DNA of 63,704 nt, filler included, from Lama guanicoe (GCA_013239625.1; 99 parts of 99 records of this genome joined end to end with filler, not necessarily neighbours in it); one strand, 5' to 3'. Shown: positions 49,317-63,315, numbered from the whole stretch's first letter. The notes: a model not told the origin generated them from the letters alone. Made by a program: numbers and translations.

Positions 49317-51402
49317 NNNNNNNNNNNNNNNNNNNNNNNNNNNNNNNNNNNNNNNNNNNNTTAATTAATTAANNNNNNNNNNNNNNNNNNNNNNNNNNNN
49401 NNNNNNNNNNNNNNNNAGAGGGTCCCTGTGACCCCCAGCCCTAGATGCAAGCCAGCAGGGACAAGTCAGGACTGGCTTCAGATCGGCGAGCAGCCCAGGC
49501 AGAGGCCTGGGCCCCAGCACAGAGGCAGCCTCAGGGGACTGGAGGGTGGTGTGACTTCTGGCTGGGGATGTGTGTGGGACAGAACAACCTGGGACCCTCA
49601 TAAAAATCACCACCTCTGGTGTGAGTGAGGGGAGGGGCACGATGCAGCCATGCCAGAGCCGCTTTCTCTGTTTTGCTCCATTGTTACTGCATCCTCATGA
49701 GAAGAGAGGTTGGGCTTGGTCATAGCCACCACTGCTGTGGGGAGGCAGGGCTGAAGCTGAATCCATACCCAGTGGCCCTGCAACCAGTGGCACAGGCAGG
49801 ACTGAGATTTGTTTACAGTCCCAGGCAGAGAGGGCAGATTTGCTCTCTCTGGACCTTTTGTGGACCCACACCTCTAGGATGAACATGCAGTGAGCAGAGC
49901 TCTGACTCATGGCATGGGCAGGTACAGGTATTTACAACAGGCTGGTGTGCCCTACTGTGTTGGGGGGGTGGGGCTGGAGTCTGCAGTGAAACCCTGGCAT
50001 GCCACAGACNNNNNNNNNNNNNNNNNNNNNNNNNNNNNNNNNNNNNNNNNNNNTTAATTAATTAANNNNNNNNNNNNNNNNNNNNNNNNNNNNNNNNNNN
50101 NNNNNNNNNATCTATGGCTGTAAACTGTCTTCATGTGACATCAAATATAAAACTCTTTATTTTTGGTACCCCAAGGAAATTGAGAGTAACTTTTATTTAT
50201 AGCCTTATGATCCTGAAATAAATAAGTCTATATCCTTGCCCATTGAGCTTCTTGACCTGGAGGATAAGAATATCACAGTAAGTGGTACAGCTGTAAGTGC
50301 CACTTGTTTATTAGGTTTTCATCTACCTGAGTTAGTCTTTCTATAGTTCTTGTTTTCAAGACTGTGGTAAAAACTTTGGTGGGGATTTGAATGGATCTGT
50401 CTGAACCTTCTTGGGTTCAGCCTCAATAATTCTGCTAATATCTGTGGATATTTTAATGCACAGAGATTCCAGTTCCTTGTGAAGATCTTCAATTTGGGTT
50501 GGATTTAGACCCAAGAATACTGGTAAGTTAATCTCCAGATTATCTATGATTGTATTGTGGGTAGGAAGGTCTTGAAGATGTTGAAGTAAGAGGCTATTAG
50601 TAAAATGCTGAGTTGGACAATTAGAAGTATATCTCTATCAGATGAGCAGCTGTGCTGTCACAAAGGAGGAGACGAAATTATCCATGAAACGTAGGTGAGT
50701 GAATGTCTGAGGGTCCTTAAAGAAACTTACCACCTGAGGAGTTTGTTGGCTTTGAAGCAGAGGTTCTATTATAATGCAAAACTTTATGCTTAGCTATTTT
50801 AGTATCTGTGTCAGTCAAAACTTTGCAAGTTTGTCCTTTAATATTTAGAGACATTTCTTCTTGTTAATTTAAAAATAAAAAGGAAAACTGAGCATCTGGC
50901 TCTCCCTTAGGTCACCTTTATCGATTGCCTACTTTCTTTTCTTTTCTTCTACTTTCTTAGTTAACGTGGTAAAATTTATTTTTTNNNNNNNNNNNNNNNN
51001 NNNNNNNNNNNNNNNNNNNNNNNNNNNNTTAATTAATTAANNNNNNNNNNNNNNNNNNNNNNNNNNNNNNNNNNNNNNNNNNNNGTGTTCTAATTTCATT
51101 CCTTTATATATATTTATTTTCTGTCTGGATGATTTGTCCATTGATGTAGTGGGGTGTTAAAGAGCACGATCTGTCTGTCTCTCTGTCTGTCTGTCTGTCT
51201 ACCTATCACAGTGAATGCGCTTATTATCTCCAAACTCCATCAGACAACTTTGTGCATCATATTTCCTCAATAAATACTTATCAAATAGAGTAGAATTAGA
51301 TTNNNNNNNNNNNNNNNNNNNNNNNNNNNNNNNNNNNNNNNNNNNNTTAATTAATTAANNNNNNNNNNNNNNNNNNNNNNNNNNNNNNNNNNNNNNNNNN
51401 NN

Positions 51403-51805
51403 ATCAAGGGGGTTGTGCTGGAAACACCAGTGGCAGCGGCTACATCCCCAATTTCAGGGAAGATATTTATCAGAGTTACCCCTAACAGTTAACACCTGCA
51501 GCTGAATATAGCAGTGTGGCTTTGTCTCTCGATTTCCCACGTGCAAAGAGAATGGTTCCGGAATCCGGAGAGTGGGGAGGTTCCAATAAATTTCGGCAGG
51601 GCTTGGGTTCTAATGGAATCCCTAAGCTCATCTCCCCTGAGTGTTTTCCTATGTCTGGCTGCCAGGGAATGCTAGGGGTGCGTGCAGGAAATCACAGTGT
51701 CATCGGCTGTCCCCCAAGGACAGGGCAGTTATTTCTCGGACTTCCCCCTAACAGGTAACAATTCTGATTGAAGAGAGCTGCGTGGAGTTGTCTCACGAAC
51801 TCCCC
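51403..51805 (-). repeat. 267-bp satellite, diverged
   Basis: GAAGAGAGCTGCGTGGAGTTGTCTC and other family motifs. Confidence 0.92.
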
Positions 51806-51905
51806 NNNNNNNNNNNNNNNNNNNNNNNNNNNNNNNNNNNNNNNNNNNNTTAATTAATTAANNNNNNNNNNNNNNNNNNNNNNNNNNNNNNNNNNNNNNN
51901 NNNNN

Positions 51906-51976
51906 TCAATCCCCAGTCCTTCCATCAAAAAATTAAATAGATAAATAAATTTTTCAAACAGTGAGAAAAAAAAAAA
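51906..51976 (+). mobile_element. 3' half of a tRNA-derived SINE
   Basis: TCAATCCCCAGTCCTTCCAT plus A-rich tail, as at 27292. Confidence 0.75.
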
Positions 51977-53652
51977 CCCAAACCCACAACCAATTAGACC
52001 ATTTGTTTCCTGAGAGTCAATCTCATCACTTAGAACTCCTGCTTCCGGATAAATCTCATTTCACCATTTAACGTCATAGTGAGTAAGTTAACTCAGCCTC
52101 ACCCTCGCACGCAGTGAGAGCCTGTCTGTCTCAAGTGCTCTGAGCAGGGCCAGGCTGGATCCCTCACAGGCCCAGCACAAGGACCCTCACCTGGCTTGCA
52201 CAACTCCCGGGAGCCCATGGTGCACATCTATCCCTTACCCTGGTCAGTGACATCACATCAGGAGCTGGAAACCAGCTATGAAGCATCTCCCCCAAAGACA
52301 CTGGCGAATGATACAAGTCAGGGCTCACCCCCCACCTCAGAGAGCCCGTTGTTAAACATTGCCCAGCACACCGCAGCCTACACCTGCGGGGATCAGGCCA
52401 CGACACCCCACCCCTCTCCCGCCGTCTCCTCCTGGGTCCCGATGACCCAGTGGAGGAGGACAGGACAGATGCTCTGTGGCTGCCAGCAGGCCAGGGCGCC
52501 AGGGGCCCAGCTGGGCTTGGAGCAGCTCTGGGCAGCCGGGCAGGTGAAACTTTCTCCCTCCGCGTCTGTGACTCCTGACCAGCTCCGGCTCTGGTCAGCG
52601 GGTGAGGCGGGGGGGAAATAACCACGTTCAGCTTTTCCTTCTCTGCCAGACTATAAAAAGCTCTTTGTGGGGAGAGGAAGGTCCCTCCTCTCATGCACGT
52701 CTCCTGATGCAGCCGCTGCCCAGGCCGGCTCNNNNNNNNNNNNNNNNNNNNNNNNNNNNNNNNNNNNNNNNNNNNTTAATTAATTAANNNNNNNNNNNNN
52801 NNNNNNNNNNNNNNNNNNNNNNNNNNNNNNNAGAGAGAGAGGGAGTCCGGAGGCCACTCCCTGAGACTCTCAAATGCTCCAATGCTTAGTGTTCCAATCA
52901 AAGGGAAAATCACTAACAGGTGTGAGGGAATGCAGGCATTCAGGGAAAGACAGGGTGGGGCTGGAGACTGTAGAAGCCACAATGAGTACAAAGGCTTTGT
53001 TTATCTGTAGGGGAGTCATGGGGAGCGGGGCACAAGGTACATCTTTAGATATGTTAGTTACAGAGCAAAGCCCAGCCCCGCCAGTTCCCTGTTTTGGGGA
53101 TAACAGTCTGTCTAACAGCAGGCACGCCCAGCGTTTATAGATAGCTGAGGGCCTGGGTTGTTGCTGTGCCATGAGCAGTGTGCTATCTAACAACTCAACT
53201 GTGCAAGCAAGGCATTGTCTCTGCTTTTTAGGGCCAGGAGACAGGGTTGCGGGTGCACAGGTGCCTGCTTGCAAAGCAGTTACTAAGCACAGTGGTTCGT
53301 GGTGGCTGGGGTCTGTTACAATTTGTTAACCCTGTCATGGGCTCCCACAGTAAATACCAGTGACCACCAGGCAACCAGCTCAGAAGCGAGGACTGAGGGA
53401 AATGCATGCCTGCCCTTGTTACTCTTTAATACAAGGCTCCATACTTCAAAGGAGGATATCAAAGGGGGATTGTGGCTGAAAAATAAATAAAACATCATCA
53501 CTTAGAGTTAGAAAAGCAGTGTATGGAACTATCTATAAGTTGAAAAACGTAGNNNNNNNNNNNNNNNNNNNNNNNNNNNNNNNNNNNNNNNNNNNNTTAA
53601 TTAATTAANNNNNNNNNNNNNNNNNNNNNNNNNNNNNNNNNNNNNNNNNNNN

Positions 53653-54109
53653 AACTTCTGTGTTCTATTTCTATGTTCAAAATTCTATATTCAGTATAAA
53701 TTATCTATATTCTACATTTTGTGTTCTGCATTCCTTTTTCTTACTTCAGTATACTGAATTCTGTTTTCCATATTCTATATTCTGTGTTCTAGATTGTATA
53801 TTCTGTATTCTATATTCTGCATTCCGTATTCTATATTCTATATTCTGTGTTCTACATTCTATATTCTAAATTCTTATTTCAGTGTTCTGTATTCTATATT
53901 CTTAATTCTGTGTTCTGCATTCCATATTCCAAATTCTGGGTTCTATAAACTTTATACTTTATTCTATATTCTGTGTTCTACATTCTATATTCTAAATTCT
54001 ATATTCAGTATTCTGTATTCTATATTCTATATTTTAAATTCTATATTCAGTAATCTGTACTCTATATTCTAACTTCTGTGTTCTGCATTCCATGATCTAA
54101 ATTCTTGGT
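53653..54109. repeat. Heptamer-based satellite
   Basis: Tandem TATATTC variants. Confidence 0.95.
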
Positions 54110-54565
54110 NNNNNNNNNNNNNNNNNNNNNNNNNNNNNNNNNNNNNNNNNNNNTTAATTAATTAANNNNNNNNNNNNNNNNNNNNNNNNNNNNNNNNNNN
54201 NNNNNNNNNGGGACATTAAGGAAGAGAATTGTAGTACTGAAGGGGTTAGGGAGTGGAAAAGTAAAGGAAAACTCCCAGATGTATGTCACGGGAAACAGAT
54301 GGGATAGTGATGCCATTGTTTGAAGAAATAAACCTAGTTCTGAGCGAGTGTAAATCCAAACATACAGAGCTTGAGATTTTTATGGACTAATCAAGTGGGA
54401 ATTTCTACTTGTCAATTATATTTCTGGGACTGAAATGAAATGTCCTTGCTGGAAAAGATTTGACANNNNNNNNNNNNNNNNNNNNNNNNNNNNNNNNNNN
54501 NNNNNNNNNTTAATTAATTAANNNNNNNNNNNNNNNNNNNNNNNNNNNNNNNNNNNNNNNNNNNN

Positions 54566-54823
54566 ACACACACACACAGACACACACACGCGCGCGCGTG
54601 CTCACACGCACAATGGAATATTATTCAGCCTTAAAAAAGGAAACCTTGCCATTTGTGACAACATGAATAAACCCAGAGGATATTATGTTAAGTGATATAA
54701 GCCAGACAAAGAAAGACAAATATCATATAATCTCACTTATATGGGGAATTTTTTTAAAAAGCTGAATTCTTAGGAACAGAGTAGAATGTTGGTTACCAGA
54801 GGATGGGGTGGTGGGGATGGGGG
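54566..54823 (+). mobile_element. L1M 3' end preceded by (CA)n(CG)n
   Basis: CAATGGAATATTATTCAGCC...GCCATTTGTGACAACATG...GGTTACCAGAGG. Confidence 0.85.
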
Positions 54824-54923
54824 NNNNNNNNNNNNNNNNNNNNNNNNNNNNNNNNNNNNNNNNNNNNTTAATTAATTAANNNNNNNNNNNNNNNNNNNNN
54901 NNNNNNNNNNNNNNNNNNNNNNN

Positions 54924-55190
54924 AGACAAGATACAATATATCTCCATGAGGAAAATATAGGCAAAGAGTTATCTGACATAAGTCAAGAAAATTTTCTCAA
55001 AGAAATAAAAGCAAGAATAAACAAAAGAGACCTAATGAATCTCACACGCTTCTGCATAGTAAAGAAACCAGAAGTGAAGCAAAAAGACAACGTATGGAAT
55101 GGGAAAAAAATGTGCATATGAAATCTACAAAGGCTTGATCTCCAGAATATATAAGCAGTTCATCCAACTGAATAAGAAAAAATAAACAAC
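54924..55190 (+). mobile_element. L1 ORF2 fragment
   Basis: GAGGAAAATATAGGCAAA...TATGGAATGGGA...ATCTCCAGAATATATAA. Confidence 0.8.
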
Positions 55191-55290
55191 NNNNNNNNNN
55201 NNNNNNNNNNNNNNNNNNNNNNNNNNNNNNNNNNTTAATTAATTAANNNNNNNNNNNNNNNNNNNNNNNNNNNNNNNNNNNNNNNNNNNN

Positions 55291-55634
55291 TCATTTGTAT
55301 GTCTTCCTTGTAGAATTGCTTTTTTAGGTCTTCTGCCCAATTTTGCATTGGGGTGTTTATTTTTTCTTCTTCAGTTGAATGAGCTGTTGTATACTCTGGA
55401 GATCAAGACTTTGACGGTTTCATATGCAAATTTTTTTCCCATTCCATAGGTTGTCTTTTTGTTTTACTTGCAGTTTCTTTACTGTGCAGAAGCTTGTAAG
55501 TTTCACTAGGTCTCATTTGCTTATTCAGGCTTTTATTTCTTCTACGAGAAAATTTTCTAGAATTATGTCAGATATGGTTTGCCTTTATTTTCATCTTGGT
55601 TGTTTTTGTATTTTGCCTTATGTTTAAGTCTTTG
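55291..55634 (-). mobile_element. L1 ORF2 fragment
   Basis: CATTTGTATGTCTTCC...AGGTCTTCTGCCCA...TGTGCAGAAGCTT. Confidence 0.85.
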
Positions 55635-56469
55635 NNNNNNNNNNNNNNNNNNNNNNNNNNNNNNNNNNNNNNNNNNNNTTAATTAATTAANNNNNNNNNN
55701 NNNNNNNNNNNNNNNNNNNNNNNNNNNNNNNNNNGCCTAATCCTCCATCCCTTCTGTGGTTTTCAGCCCACGCAGGACCTGACGCGTCTCAACTTCCGCC
55801 TGGCCCCTTCCTGACACCTGATTCCGATGTGGAGGCTCAGGTAAAGTGAGTGTTCATACCGTTCGATGTCTCTCTTGAGATTTTGTTGTTTTTGTTTCCC
55901 TTGCCTTTGTATTAGCCTCTTCTGTAGACATGTGTTTTTAGACAAGTGTTTTGTGTCATTAGAATTTCAAACTGTTGCCCACGGGTGCAGTGGTCTTCTC
56001 CCCTCAGCCCTATCACCTTCGATGGTGCCTTCAGAAAGCATCAGAGTTCTTAAATGCTGAGTATCGTAGACTTTGTCTGTTTGTCGAATGTGGGTCTTCA
56101 CTGTGAGCCCTTGGTCCACACTTATGTCTCCTCGCTTTTCTATTGCTTCCCTAACACTTTCTTTTCTGATTGTTGCTGGTTAAGTTATCGANNNNNNNNN
56201 NNNNNNNNNNNNNNNNNNNNNNNNNNNNNNNNNNNTTAATTAATTAANNNNNNNNNNNNNNNNNNNNNNNNNNNNNNNNNNNNNNNNNNNNTTTGACCTC
56301 CAACTTCTACACCAGCGACTCTGCTGCCTGCTTCCCTGAGAAATTAGGAGCCATCGTGGCGGCACTTCCACAAGCTTTGCTTCCATGTCTTCCCAGCTCC
56401 CTGTGCTCCAGGAGAAGCGGGTGCAAGAGGATGGTCATGCCCCAAGTCTTGGGCAAGTCCCTGGGACAG

Positions 56470-56803
56470 GCTGCCGAGTCAGGGTCCTTGGCTTCTTCCA
56501 GGAAAGAATTCAAGAGCGAGCCACAAGAGTGTGAAAGTAGCTTTATTCAGGGAGAGGCACACTCCGTACACAGAGTGTGGGCTGTCTCAGAAGGCCAGAG
56601 AGGCCGCCTCCAGGTATGGGGTGGTCAGTTTTCATGGGCTGGATAATTTCATGGGCTGACACGTGGGAGGATTAGTCCAACTATTTGGGGGAAAGGGTGG
56701 GTGGATTCCCAGGGATTGGGCCACCACCCATCTTTTGGCCTTCGGGCACCCTCAGAACTGTCATGGCACCTGTGGGAGTGTCATTTAGCATGTTAATGTA
56801 CTA
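56470..56803 (-). mobile_element. ERV1-type LTR fragment
   Basis: Antisense polyA signal TTTATT near 56542; shares its end with 11870-11941; GGATTGGGCCACC motif. Confidence 0.7.
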
Positions 56804-57465
56804 NNNNNNNNNNNNNNNNNNNNNNNNNNNNNNNNNNNNNNNNNNNNTTAATTAATTAANNNNNNNNNNNNNNNNNNNNNNNNNNNNNNNNNNNNNNNNN
56901 NNNTGCTATCTGCTCGTCACCTCTGACACAAGAACTCAACAAATGATTTTTTTCTTTAGAAAAAATAGATAAATAAAATCTAACTACAAGATGTGGTATG
57001 TAAAGCGGTGATGAAGTTGTCTAAACTTATAATGCAGCCAGTGTAATGTAGCACTTATTCGGGCACTAGAATTTTTAATTCATTATTTCTTTTATACCCT
57101 CGTTCTCTCCTAAAGGAGTCACTTAAAGTTTTCTACTTTGTTCAACATATCTTGTGAGGGTTGTGATATACTCTGGTATGGCAGTTTTCAGAGATTTAAA
57201 ATCACCTCTGTGGTTGTGGTCTGGAAAGAGAAGGCTCCCTCAAAGCTGCGACGGAGAAGGAATCCCCGGAGTCTGCCTCTGGGCCGCTTCCGAACCGCAT
57301 CTGCTTGCACATGACGCGGGACACCATCAGCAAGTGTAACTCTGACAAGGAGATTTCCCCGGGGCNNNNNNNNNNNNNNNNNNNNNNNNNNNNNNNNNNN
57401 NNNNNNNNNTTAATTAATTAANNNNNNNNNNNNNNNNNNNNNNNNNNNNNNNNNNNNNNNNNNNN

Positions 57466-57684
57466 GTGCGCTTGTGCTTTGTAGTGCCACGGGAATGTCC
57501 CAGTGAAACCAGTTATTCCCAGAACTTATCTATCTACAGAAAAAACATTGGAAGCTAATCTGTGGAAGTCATTAATCAGGAACTGCTGGGATGAACCCGA
57601 AAATCAATCCTGGTGTCCTCTGTGCCGTAAAGTGTCAGTGCCATCCAAAAGGTAGCATCCGCTTTTGGGAGATAATGCTGAAGG
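57466..57684 (+). repeat. Unidentified multicopy repeat, copy 2
   Basis: Colinear with 5297-5515. Confidence 0.85.
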
Positions 57685-57784
57685 NNNNNNNNNNNNNNNN
57701 NNNNNNNNNNNNNNNNNNNNNNNNNNNNTTAATTAATTAANNNNNNNNNNNNNNNNNNNNNNNNNNNNNNNNNNNNNNNNNNNN

Positions 57785-58208
57785 TAATGTCTCTGTGCCA
57801 GGGAATGCTAGGGGTGTTTGCAAAAAATCCCAGTGATAGAGGCTGCATCCCCAAGGTCAGGAAAGGTATTTCTCAGAATTCTCCCTAACAGGGAACACCT
57901 GTGACTGAAGAGAGCTGCGTGGAGTTGTCTCTCGAGCTCCCCACACACTGACAATGGTTCCGGAATCCTGAGCGTGGGGAGGTTCCACCAACGGTCGGCA
58001 GCGCGTGTGTTCTAACGGAATTCCAAAGCTCATCTCCCCTGGGTTTTTTCCTAATGTCTCTGTGCCAGGGAATGCTAGGTGTGTTTGCAGGCATTCCCAG
58101 TGACAGAGGCTGCCTCGCCAAGTTCGGGGAAGGTATTTCTCAGAATTCCCGCTATCACAGAACACGTGTGACTGAAGAGAGTTGCGTGGAGTTGTCTCTC
58201 GAGCTCCC
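57785..58208 (-). repeat. 267-bp satellite
   Basis: Same family. Confidence 0.97.
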
Positions 58209-59218
58209 NNNNNNNNNNNNNNNNNNNNNNNNNNNNNNNNNNNNNNNNNNNNTTAATTAATTAANNNNNNNNNNNNNNNNNNNNNNNNNNNNNNNNNNNN
58301 NNNNNNNNCTTTTTTCAAAATCTTGTTGGGATTCTTTGTTTTGTGATGAACACTATATATTTTTTTCCGTCATTTTTCTCACCATCAGTTTTAAGGAAAG
58401 TGTTATAGTCCATTCTTTGGTTTTTCCTAATTGACTGAATTAGTTTAATTTGTTTACATTTTTCTGGGTTACAGCATACATAGTTCATAAATTAGCAGGA
58501 AACAAATGTTTTTACATTTGAAAACTAATATGACCAGGCACTGCATAGTCATACAGAGTTATGCATGGACATAGTGTCCCTTTCTGTCCCTTCTCAAGGT
58601 TTCTCCCTTTCTGAGGTGTTTGCCAGCTACTGTGTGGAGCTTGTTGGGCAGGTGACATCTCTCAAGACCTTTCCTTCTTTCTCAGCTGTACCCTTACAGT
58701 TCTGCACTCTCTTCCAGGACCAGCAGAAATGATCACATCCCAGGTGCATTGTTTAATTTATGCACATTTTTGCTTAACGGTGATTATTTGAGGTTTATAA
58801 AATGCACATTCATATGNNNNNNNNNNNNNNNNNNNNNNNNNNNNNNNNNNNNNNNNNNNNTTAATTAATTAANNNNNNNNNNNNNNNNNNNNNNNNNNNN
58901 NNNNNNNNNNNNNNNNACACTAACGCTGATAAAAAGAAGAGACATTTAACCTTATGAAATGAGAGTCGTGGCTTACACATTAAGATGATGCAACCACACC
59001 ATCTGAGCTAACTAGGGTTTTAGAGCAGGAGAGTCTCTTTCAGGTGGTGACGCTCATAAACACGTCCCATGTGAAGAAGTGACACTATGGAGAGTTGCCT
59101 TCTCCGGCTCAGTAAGGGNNNNNNNNNNNNNNNNNNNNNNNNNNNNNNNNNNNNNNNNNNNNTTAATTAATTAANNNNNNNNNNNNNNNNNNNNNNNNNN
59201 NNNNNNNNNNNNNNNNNN

Positions 59219-60121
59219 TATGATAATTCAGAATCAGTGGGAGCTCGATCAAAGAACATGTGCAGTGTCCACGTCCTCCTGCCCCAGGCTGAGCCCTGAA
59301 GATGCTCCCTGGTGATTCTGAAGCACACACCCTGCCAAGAACAAGACGACCCATTACACACAGCACAGAGCCGAATAAACTGACCCCAAGCTTCCTCCCC
59401 AGGCCCCCTCCTATGTAAACATCATTGTGCAGAATACATAAAAGAGGATTTTAAAGAAAATGATATACAAACTGAATCTGCCAAAGGCTACACCCTCAGA
59501 AAGGAAAAGAATATATAAAACCAACCTACATACGTCAAGTAGTTCCCAAACTTGACAGTGCATCAGACTCATCTGGGAAAGCCTTCGTACATCACTGCCT
59601 GGGAGCCCCATGCAGACTTCTTGAATCAGCACCTCTGAGGGTGGGGTTCCCAGGTGATTCTGCACAACGAGCCCATGGGCTGGGAACCTTTGCTTTAGTC
59701 TACACTTGTCACCAGGGAAATACAGGCTGTTAGGTTAGCAACTTAAACAGCAACGGCTGGCAAATGGAAGCAGAAAGAAGAGCTTCAAGGTATGGGTTTA
59801 AGTCAACGTACAAACACTGACCCTCGCCGCGCCACCAGGAGACAACTTATTTGGAAATGCATCCTCTCCTTCAGGATGTCACCTGATCTAACGCCCCAAG
59901 TCTGACCCAAGCAGTGCTGAGCCCTGCTGGGGAAAGAGGCAAGAGCTGGCGACCTTTTTCTGTTTGCATTAGGTCTCAAGTTTGGCAAATAGCTGGCGTA
60001 AGTGCCGCCGCGCTGCACTGTGGTCCCCGTGCCACGGCAGACATCACCAGTGCGCTGTGGTGCTGCATCCCGGGGAACCCAAACAGGCCTCAGCTCCCCT
60101 GAACAGCCTACCAGCAGAATG
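59219..60121 (+). other. 903-bp contig duplicated at 60688-61590; contains a MER5A-like remnant near 59540-59695
   Basis: Same length and ends as the second copy; about 18 substitutions counted by eye, no indels. Confidence 0.95.
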
Positions 60122-60687
60122 NNNNNNNNNNNNNNNNNNNNNNNNNNNNNNNNNNNNNNNNNNNNTTAATTAATTAANNNNNNNNNNNNNNNNNNNNNNN
60201 NNNNNNNNNNNNNNNNNNNNNTCAGTTCGGGAGCCAACCGGCATCCCAGGGTTTCTAAGGCTCGTGTATCGCCCAGAATCCCTGCTTCCTCGTTTGTCTT
60301 GGCTTCTGAGGATTCCCCCTCTCTTTCTTGACAATTAGTTGTGCTGTTTGAAAAATGAGGAAGGAAGGTTTTATTTCTTAATCAGCATTTTAAGGAACTT
60401 GTGTAATGAAGGTTTTCATGAGTTTCTAGAAACCTCCATTGCCGAGACAGAAAACACACTATACATTTTCTAAATTTAGCACTCATGTGCATTTTTTCTT
60501 TGCTTTTCTTAAATGTTAAATGATATTTTTTAATTAAAAAACAATAAGGCCCCAAATACTATAGAACATTGAAGGGGCAAACAAAATNNNNNNNNNNNNN
60601 NNNNNNNNNNNNNNNNNNNNNNNNNNNNNNNTTAATTAATTAANNNNNNNNNNNNNNNNNNNNNNNNNNNNNNNNNNNNNNNNNNNN

Positions 60688-61590
60688 TATGATAATTCAG
60701 AATCAGTGGGAGCTCGATCAAAGAACATGTGCAGTGCCCACCTCCTCCCACCCCAGGCTGAGCCCTGAAGATGCTCCCTGGTGATTCTGAAGCACACACC
60801 CTGCCAAGAACAAGACGACCCATTACACACAGCACAGAGCCGAATAAACTGACCCCAAGCTTCCTCCCCAGGCCCCCTCCTATGTAAACATCATTGTGCA
60901 GAATACATAAAAGAGGATTTTAAAGAAAATGATATACAAACTGAATCTGCCAAAGGCTACACCCTCAGAAAGGAAAAGAATATATAAAACCAACCTACAT
61001 ACGTCAAGTAGTTCCCAAACTTGACAGTGCATCAGACTCATCTGGGAAAGCCTTCGTACATCACTGCCTGGGAGCCCCACGCAGACTTCTTGAATCAGCA
61101 CCTCTGAGGGTGGGGCTCCCAGGTGATTCTGCACAATGAGCCCATGGGCTGGGAACCTTTGCTTTAGTCTACGCTTGTCATCAGGGAAATACAGGCTGTT
61201 AGGTTAGCAACTTAAACAGCAACGGCTGGCAAATGGAAGCAGAAAGAAGAGCTTCAAGGTATGGGTTTAAGTCAACGTACAAACACTGACCCTCGCCGCG
61301 CCACCAGGAGACAACTTATTTGGAAATGCATCCTCTCCTTCGGGATGTCACCTGATCTAACGCCCCAAGTCTGACCCAAGCAGTGCTGACCCCTGCTGGG
61401 GAAAGAGGCAAGAGCTGGCGACCTTTTTCTGTTTGCGTTAGGTCTCAAGTTTGGCAAATAGCTGGCGTAAGTGCCACTGCGCTGCACTGCGGTCCCTGTG
61501 CCACAGCAGACATCACCAGTGCGCTGTGGTGCTGCATCCCAGGGAACCCAAACAGGCCTCAGCTCCCCTGAACAGCCTACCAGCAGAATG
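60688..61590 (+). other. Second haplotype or paralogue of 59219-60121
   Basis: Direct comparison with 59219-60121. Confidence 0.95.
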
Positions 61591-62985
61591 NNNNNNNNNN
61601 NNNNNNNNNNNNNNNNNNNNNNNNNNNNNNNNNNTTAATTAATTAANNNNNNNNNNNNNNNNNNNNNNNNNNNNNNNNNNNNNNNNNNNNTACACTGTTA
61701 AGTTGTTATTTTAAAAAGTTGGAAAACATGGGAAAGCACTACGTGCAGTAGTGCTACGTGCAGTAATTTCATGCAGCTGTCCTCTGGCTGTCTGCATACA
61801 TTCACACCCGGACACCTAAAGCTGTTCCTTTTGATATAATTTGTCTTACAGTGTACAATCCATTTTATGACCTGCTTTGAGAAGCTTAATGTATGGTGAC
61901 CCTTTCCTCATGCCATTAAATAATGAGTAACTGGTTTTGAGTGAGCTGTTGGTCTGAGTCTTAGAAAAGCAAATAGAACAACTTGCCAGAAGCAAACAAG
62001 CCTTGTTGGGTGGATGACTTGCAGTACCACCCAGTGGCCTTTTCTCTTCTTACACACTTTTCATTGACCATATTTTCCTGCTTTTTGGAATGAATGGTGA
62101 TGCAGGAACTAAAGTCTCGAGGTTTCCTGGCAATTTGCATTCCTTCCTGAAAAAAGGCCAGTAGCAGCTGGAGGTGCAGCTTGGCCTAAAGTTCTCATGG
62201 CAGAAGAGTTCAAGCTGGTCTCAAGGCATGTGATTTTGAAAAGTGTTCCTTTGTCAGGGAGGATGTTTCAGGTTACTTGCAGGCCAACCCAAACATTTTA
62301 AAATCACAATGAAACATACAGAAAGTGGACCAGCTGGATCCTGCAGCTCAGTGATGCCGAGGGCCAGGTCCTCTGGGTCTCTCTGCCTTGCCACGGTGAG
62401 GGCAGCATCCTAAGCTGGTCTCTTCATGTCATGGATGGTTGCCAGCAGCCATGCTTCATTGTCCACCTCCAGAGGGAAGGAGATCTGTTTCCCAAGTGTC
62501 TCTCTTAAGAGCCAGGAAGACCCCAGCAAACTAATTCTCGAATATCATTGGCCTCAATTTGCATAGACCCCCCCCATCCCTANNNNNNNNNNNNNNNNNN
62601 NNNNNNNNNNNNNNNNNNNNNNNNNNTTAATTAATTAANNNNNNNNNNNNNNNNNNNNNNNNNNNNNNNNNNNNNNNNNNNNTGACGTTAGAATCAGAGA
62701 ATCACAGAGCACCTCCTCCACAGCGGGCCCGACAGCACGTGCGATATCCTCCGACCGTCACCTGTGGGACCGCCATGAGCACTCTCCAGACTCAAGGCCA
62801 GAGGCCGTAGGCCGGGGGGACACAGCTACCCTCAAACTCCCGAGTAAAGGGGGACCACCCATCGGCAAAGACATCTCACCCTCTTNNNNNNNNNNNNNNN
62901 NNNNNNNNNNNNNNNNNNNNNNNNNNNNNTTAATTAATTAANNNNNNNNNNNNNNNNNNNNNNNNNNNNNNNNNNNNNNNNNNNN

Positions 62986-63215
62986 TTGTATAAATATACC
63001 ACCTTTTCTTTATCGAGTCATCTGTCGATGGATATTTAGGCTGTTTCTATCTCTTGGCTATTGTAAATAGTGCTACTGTGAACATTGGGGTGCAGGTGTC
63101 TTTTTCAATTTGGGTTCTTTCTTGACATATGCCCAGGAGTGAAATTGCTGGGTCATAGGGTAAGTCTATTCCTAGCCTTCTGAGGAATCTCCATACTGTT
63201 TTCCACAGTGGCTGC
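62986..63215 (-). mobile_element. L1 ORF2 C-terminal fragment
   Basis: TCTTGGCTATTGTAAATAGTGCT...CTCCATACTGTTTTCCACAGTGGCTGC. Confidence 0.92.
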
Positions 63216-63315
63216 NNNNNNNNNNNNNNNNNNNNNNNNNNNNNNNNNNNNNNNNNNNNTTAATTAATTAANNNNNNNNNNNNNNNNNNNNNNNNNNNNN
63301 NNNNNNNNNNNNNNN

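Noticed and set aside
52164..52694. 176-aa and 141-aa ORFs and TATAAAA at about 52652
   Set aside because: GC-rich sequence gives chance ORFs; no recognisable domain, and an isolated TATA motif is not evidence of a promoter.
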